A stretch of 64,000 nt of DNA from the human T2T-CHM13v2.0 reference genome, Homo sapiens. Below the pieces are notes generated by a model that saw only the letters and a program-made list of their open reading frames with translations, searched no databases and was not told the origin of the DNA. Positions 57,690 to 64,000 of the stretch are shown here, one piece after another (position 1 is the stretch's first letter; every line of letters starts with the position of its first letter). The DNA lies in the NCBI RefSeq assembly GCF_009914755.1, contig NC_060928.1; one strand, written 5' to 3'. Both the position numbers and the translations under genes were made by a program.

Positions 57690-59474
57690 AATCTTTTCAA
57701 GCTTGTCCTTTCAACAAATTATTCTGGAGCAACTGGATATCCATGAGGAAAGAGGAACCCCTACCTCACACCATTTACAAAAGTTAATTTAAGATGACTT
57801 ATGGACATAAATATAAAAGCTAAAACAAACGGAAGAACAAATTTGGCATCTCATACTTCCTGATTTCCAAACTTACTACAAAGCTATAGTACTTAAAACC
57901 TGTGGTACTGGCATAAGGATGAATGTATAGATCAGTGGAATTGAATTGAGAGTCCAGAAATCCATAGACATCTATGGCTAATTGATTTTTGACAAAGATG
58001 CTAAGGCCACTCCATGGGGAAAAGAATTGTCTCTTCAGCAAATGGTACTGGGACAATTGGATATCCACATGCAAAAGAATAAAGTTGGACTCCTACCTTA
58101 CACTTTATATGTAAATTAACTCAAAATGGGTCAACAAACTAAATATAAGAGATGAAACTATAAAACTCTTTGAATAAAACATTGGGCTAAATCTTCATAC
58201 CTTGGATTTGGCAATGGATTTTTAGATATGGCACAAATAATATGAGCAAACAAAAAAATAGGTAAATTAGATTTCATCAAACAACAACAAAAAAATAGGT
58301 AAATTAGATTTCTAATTTCTTTTTCTTTTTTTTTGAGACAGAGTCTCGCTCTGTTGCCCAGGTTGGAGTGTGCAATCTCGGCTCACTGCAGGCTCCACCT
58401 CCCGGGTTCACGCTGTTCTCCTGCCTCAGCCTCCTGAGTGGCTGGGACTACAGGTGCCTGTCACCATGCCCGGCTAATTTTTTTGTATTTTAACAGAGAC
58501 GGGTTTCACTGTGTTAGCCAGGAATGGTCTCGATCTCCTGACCTCATGATCTGCCCACCTTGGCCTCCCAAAGTGCTGGGATTACAGGCGTGAGCCACTG
58601 TGCCTGGCCTAGATTTCTAATTTCTAACTAAAAACATTTGGTCATCAAAATGCATAATCCAAAAAGTGGAAACTGACTTACAGAATGAGAGAAAATGTTT
58701 GCAAATCATAGTTTGATAAGGATCTAGTGTCCAGAATGTATAAGGAACTCTTACAACTTACCAAAAAAAGACTAACTGCTCTATTTTTAAATGGTCAAAA
58801 GACTTGAATAGACATTTCTCCAAAAAAGATACACAAATGGCCAATGCACATGAAAAGATGCTCAATATGAGGAAAATGCAAGTCAAAAACACAATGAAAT
58901 ACCACTTCACATTCACTAGGATATCTATAATATTACAAAATATTACAAAAGCAAAAATGGAAAGTGTTCAGTATACTGGACTGAATATTTCCCCCCAGTT
59001 CATGTCCTTCTAGCATCTCAAAATGTGATCTTATTTGAAAATAGTTTCTTTGTAGATGTAATTAGCTAAAGTGAGGTCATACTGGATTAAGGTGGGCCCT
59101 AAATCCAATGACTGGTATCACTGGATTATAAGAAGGCTGTTTGAAACAGAGGCAGAGGTTAGAGTTATGCAGTCAGAAGCCAAGGACCACTAGGAGCAAC
59201 TAGAAGCTGGAGGAAGCAAGGAAGGATTCTTCCCTTGATCCTTCAGAAGGAGCATGGACCTGCCAGCATTTTGATTTTGGGCTTCTAGACTCCAGAACTG
59301 TGAAAGAATAAATAAGTATTGTTTTAAGCTACCCAGTTGTTTGTGGTAATTTGGTATGGCAGCCCTAGGAAGCTGATGCAGTGAGGATGTGGAGAAATCA
59401 AAACCCTCATACATTGTTGGTGGGAATGTTCAGCTGTTATGGAAAACAGACAGTTCATTCAAAAGTTAAAGATA
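57690..59474 (+). mobile_element. L1MB ORF2 3' fragment with AluY (58321-58608, -) and MLT1B/C LTR (~58968-59379) insertions
   Basis: AAATGGTACTGGGACAATTGGATATCCACATGCAAAAG and GACTTGAATAGACATTTCTCCAAA (L1); the L1 resumes after the LTR at GTGAGGATGTGGAGAAA. Confidence 0.85.
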
Positions 59475-60088
59475 TTTGCTCCTCCTTTTCATGCCTGTGG
59501 CTGGATGTCCCACAGCACTATAGGAAATGTGAGTCAGGCCTTTTGCATTAAGCAACCAAGAACTACAGACTCCACCTTTTCACCCAAATCATGAATGACC
59601 AGTGAAAAGCAACTTATTTCAGAGGAAGAAGCAGCCCTTGAAATGTTAAGGCTTGGGCTTGAAAGTTGAAGAGCAGGAATTCTCTCTTTCAAAGACCCTA
59701 GAGCACAAACCTTTGTGTGGCCAAGTGGGATCAGCCCTCAAGGGCACATGCCAAGGACAGAGCAGCCCATGTAGACAGCTTCGGAGGGTATGGGGATGTG
59801 GGGAGTTAGGGGTAGCTCCTCATTAACTATTTGTTGGGTGAGTATAAGGGCGAAGCTCAGTGGCAGTCAGCCACCTCTGCAATGACAAGCTGTCTCTCCC
59901 CTACATGTTTAGCATATATTATTAGAACACGTCCCATGCCCCCGCTCCCTTTAAGGCCAAGTAGAGAAATCTGGCAATAAAAGGCAAATGTGAGCATGCT
60001 TTCTCTAAGATGCATCATAAATGGTTTTCTTTAAGTGAATGAAGACTTTGACAGAGAAATATCTTTGTAAGCAAACATTAAGAATGCT

Positions 60089-60392
<304 letters not shown>

Positions 60393-61061
60393 TCATTTCT
60401 GAGTTCGCTGTGACTTGTAATACTGGGGATCTCCCTTGTAACACTGGAACTGAAAGACTGACGAAAGCTATGTCAAGCATTCATTATTCTGAAGAGGAGG
60501 AGAAATGCCACATACCTTTCCCATTGAACCTGTGGTGGAATAAATCCATGGTTGTGTCTTGCTTTGAACAGACTTTTGTTCTGAGCACTGCTCACGATGG
60601 ATTTTTATGCTTCATTTTCATATCTCTCTGCACAATTAGATTGGGAGTTCCTTGAGGGCAGAGTATGTATAATCTTTGTCTTTGTAATCCCGGCAATTAA
60701 CACAGTGCCTCCTGGTACATTGTAGGTGCTTAAGAAATACTCACTAAATGCATGAATGAATGAAACGAAGGAATGACTAGGAATGTTTGTAGTGCTATAA
60801 TATATAATGGGATATACTCCAGTCTGGTACTTGTCTAGTCAGTCCTCTACGGTGTTATCAGAGTGGTAATATATCCAAAACATTACAATTATTATTGTTA
60901 TTAAAACAAGAACTCATAAAACATGGTGCCAGACATTGTTCTAAGTACTATATTCACTCCTTATAATGACTATGAAATAGCTTCTATTATTATCCCTGTT
61001 TTTTAGATGTGGAAATTAAGGGATAAAGTACATAACTTGCTGAGGGCTATATAGCTAGTAA

Positions 61062-61584
<523 letters not shown>

Positions 61585-61989
61585 GCTCCACTACATTTTT
61601 TATATTCTCATAAAACCAGGCTACTTCTATTTCCCTGAATACACTATGTTTTTTTCACATATATGTACATTTACTACTACCTCCTTCAACTTGTAACTCT
61701 TTCCAGTTATTTTTCAAGACTCATTCCAAGAATTGCTTTCTTCTGGAAACGTTGCCTACAGCCCTCATGCTTCATTTCCTCTGTTGGGTGGAGTGTTTCT
61801 CTTCCATTCCCCCATACCTTTATCATTAATAGAATAATAATACTGTATCATTGCACTGACCACTTTTCATGGAAATTATATGTACCTCAAAAGCAGGGAG
61901 CATATCTTGTTTTTATTTCTATATAGCATTTATAACTATGAATTATACTGAATAAAGTTACAAGTTTTTATTTTGTTTGCAGATCATGA

Positions 61990-64000
<2,011 letters not shown>

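Overview
This is primate (human) genomic DNA, not microbial. The two genes present place it at chromosome 4q27 (IL21/IL21-AS1 - CETN4P - BBS12 interval). About 50 kb at the left is intergenic and dominated by interspersed repeats: Alu, L1, L2, MIR, MaLR/ERV LTRs, a Ricksha MULE transposon and a MADE1 MITE. It probably includes the 3' end of the lncRNA IL21-AS1 near 9.3 kb. A CpG-island bidirectional promoter at ~52.4-53.1 kb carries RFX X-box, CCAAT, CRE, GC-box and NRF1-like motifs. It sits between the five-exon centrin-4 pseudogene CETN4P (minus strand, disabled by multiple lesions) and BBS12 (plus strand). BBS12 has a non-coding exon 1, a 9-kb intron and a single coding exon starting at 61993 that runs off the window; the ORF track misses it because no stop codon lies inside the window. 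I found no convincing new biological system. The best leads are: an out-of-frame overlapping uORF at the BBS12 start, a CUG-initiated single-EF-hand micro-ORF remnant in CETN4P, a 207-bp templated insertion with a 39-bp flanking duplication, a strong CTCF site, two sense-oriented solo LTRs upstream of BBS12, and a probable retrocopied 3'UTR in the BBS12 intron. Repeat subfamily names and most repeat boundaries are by eye and approximate.
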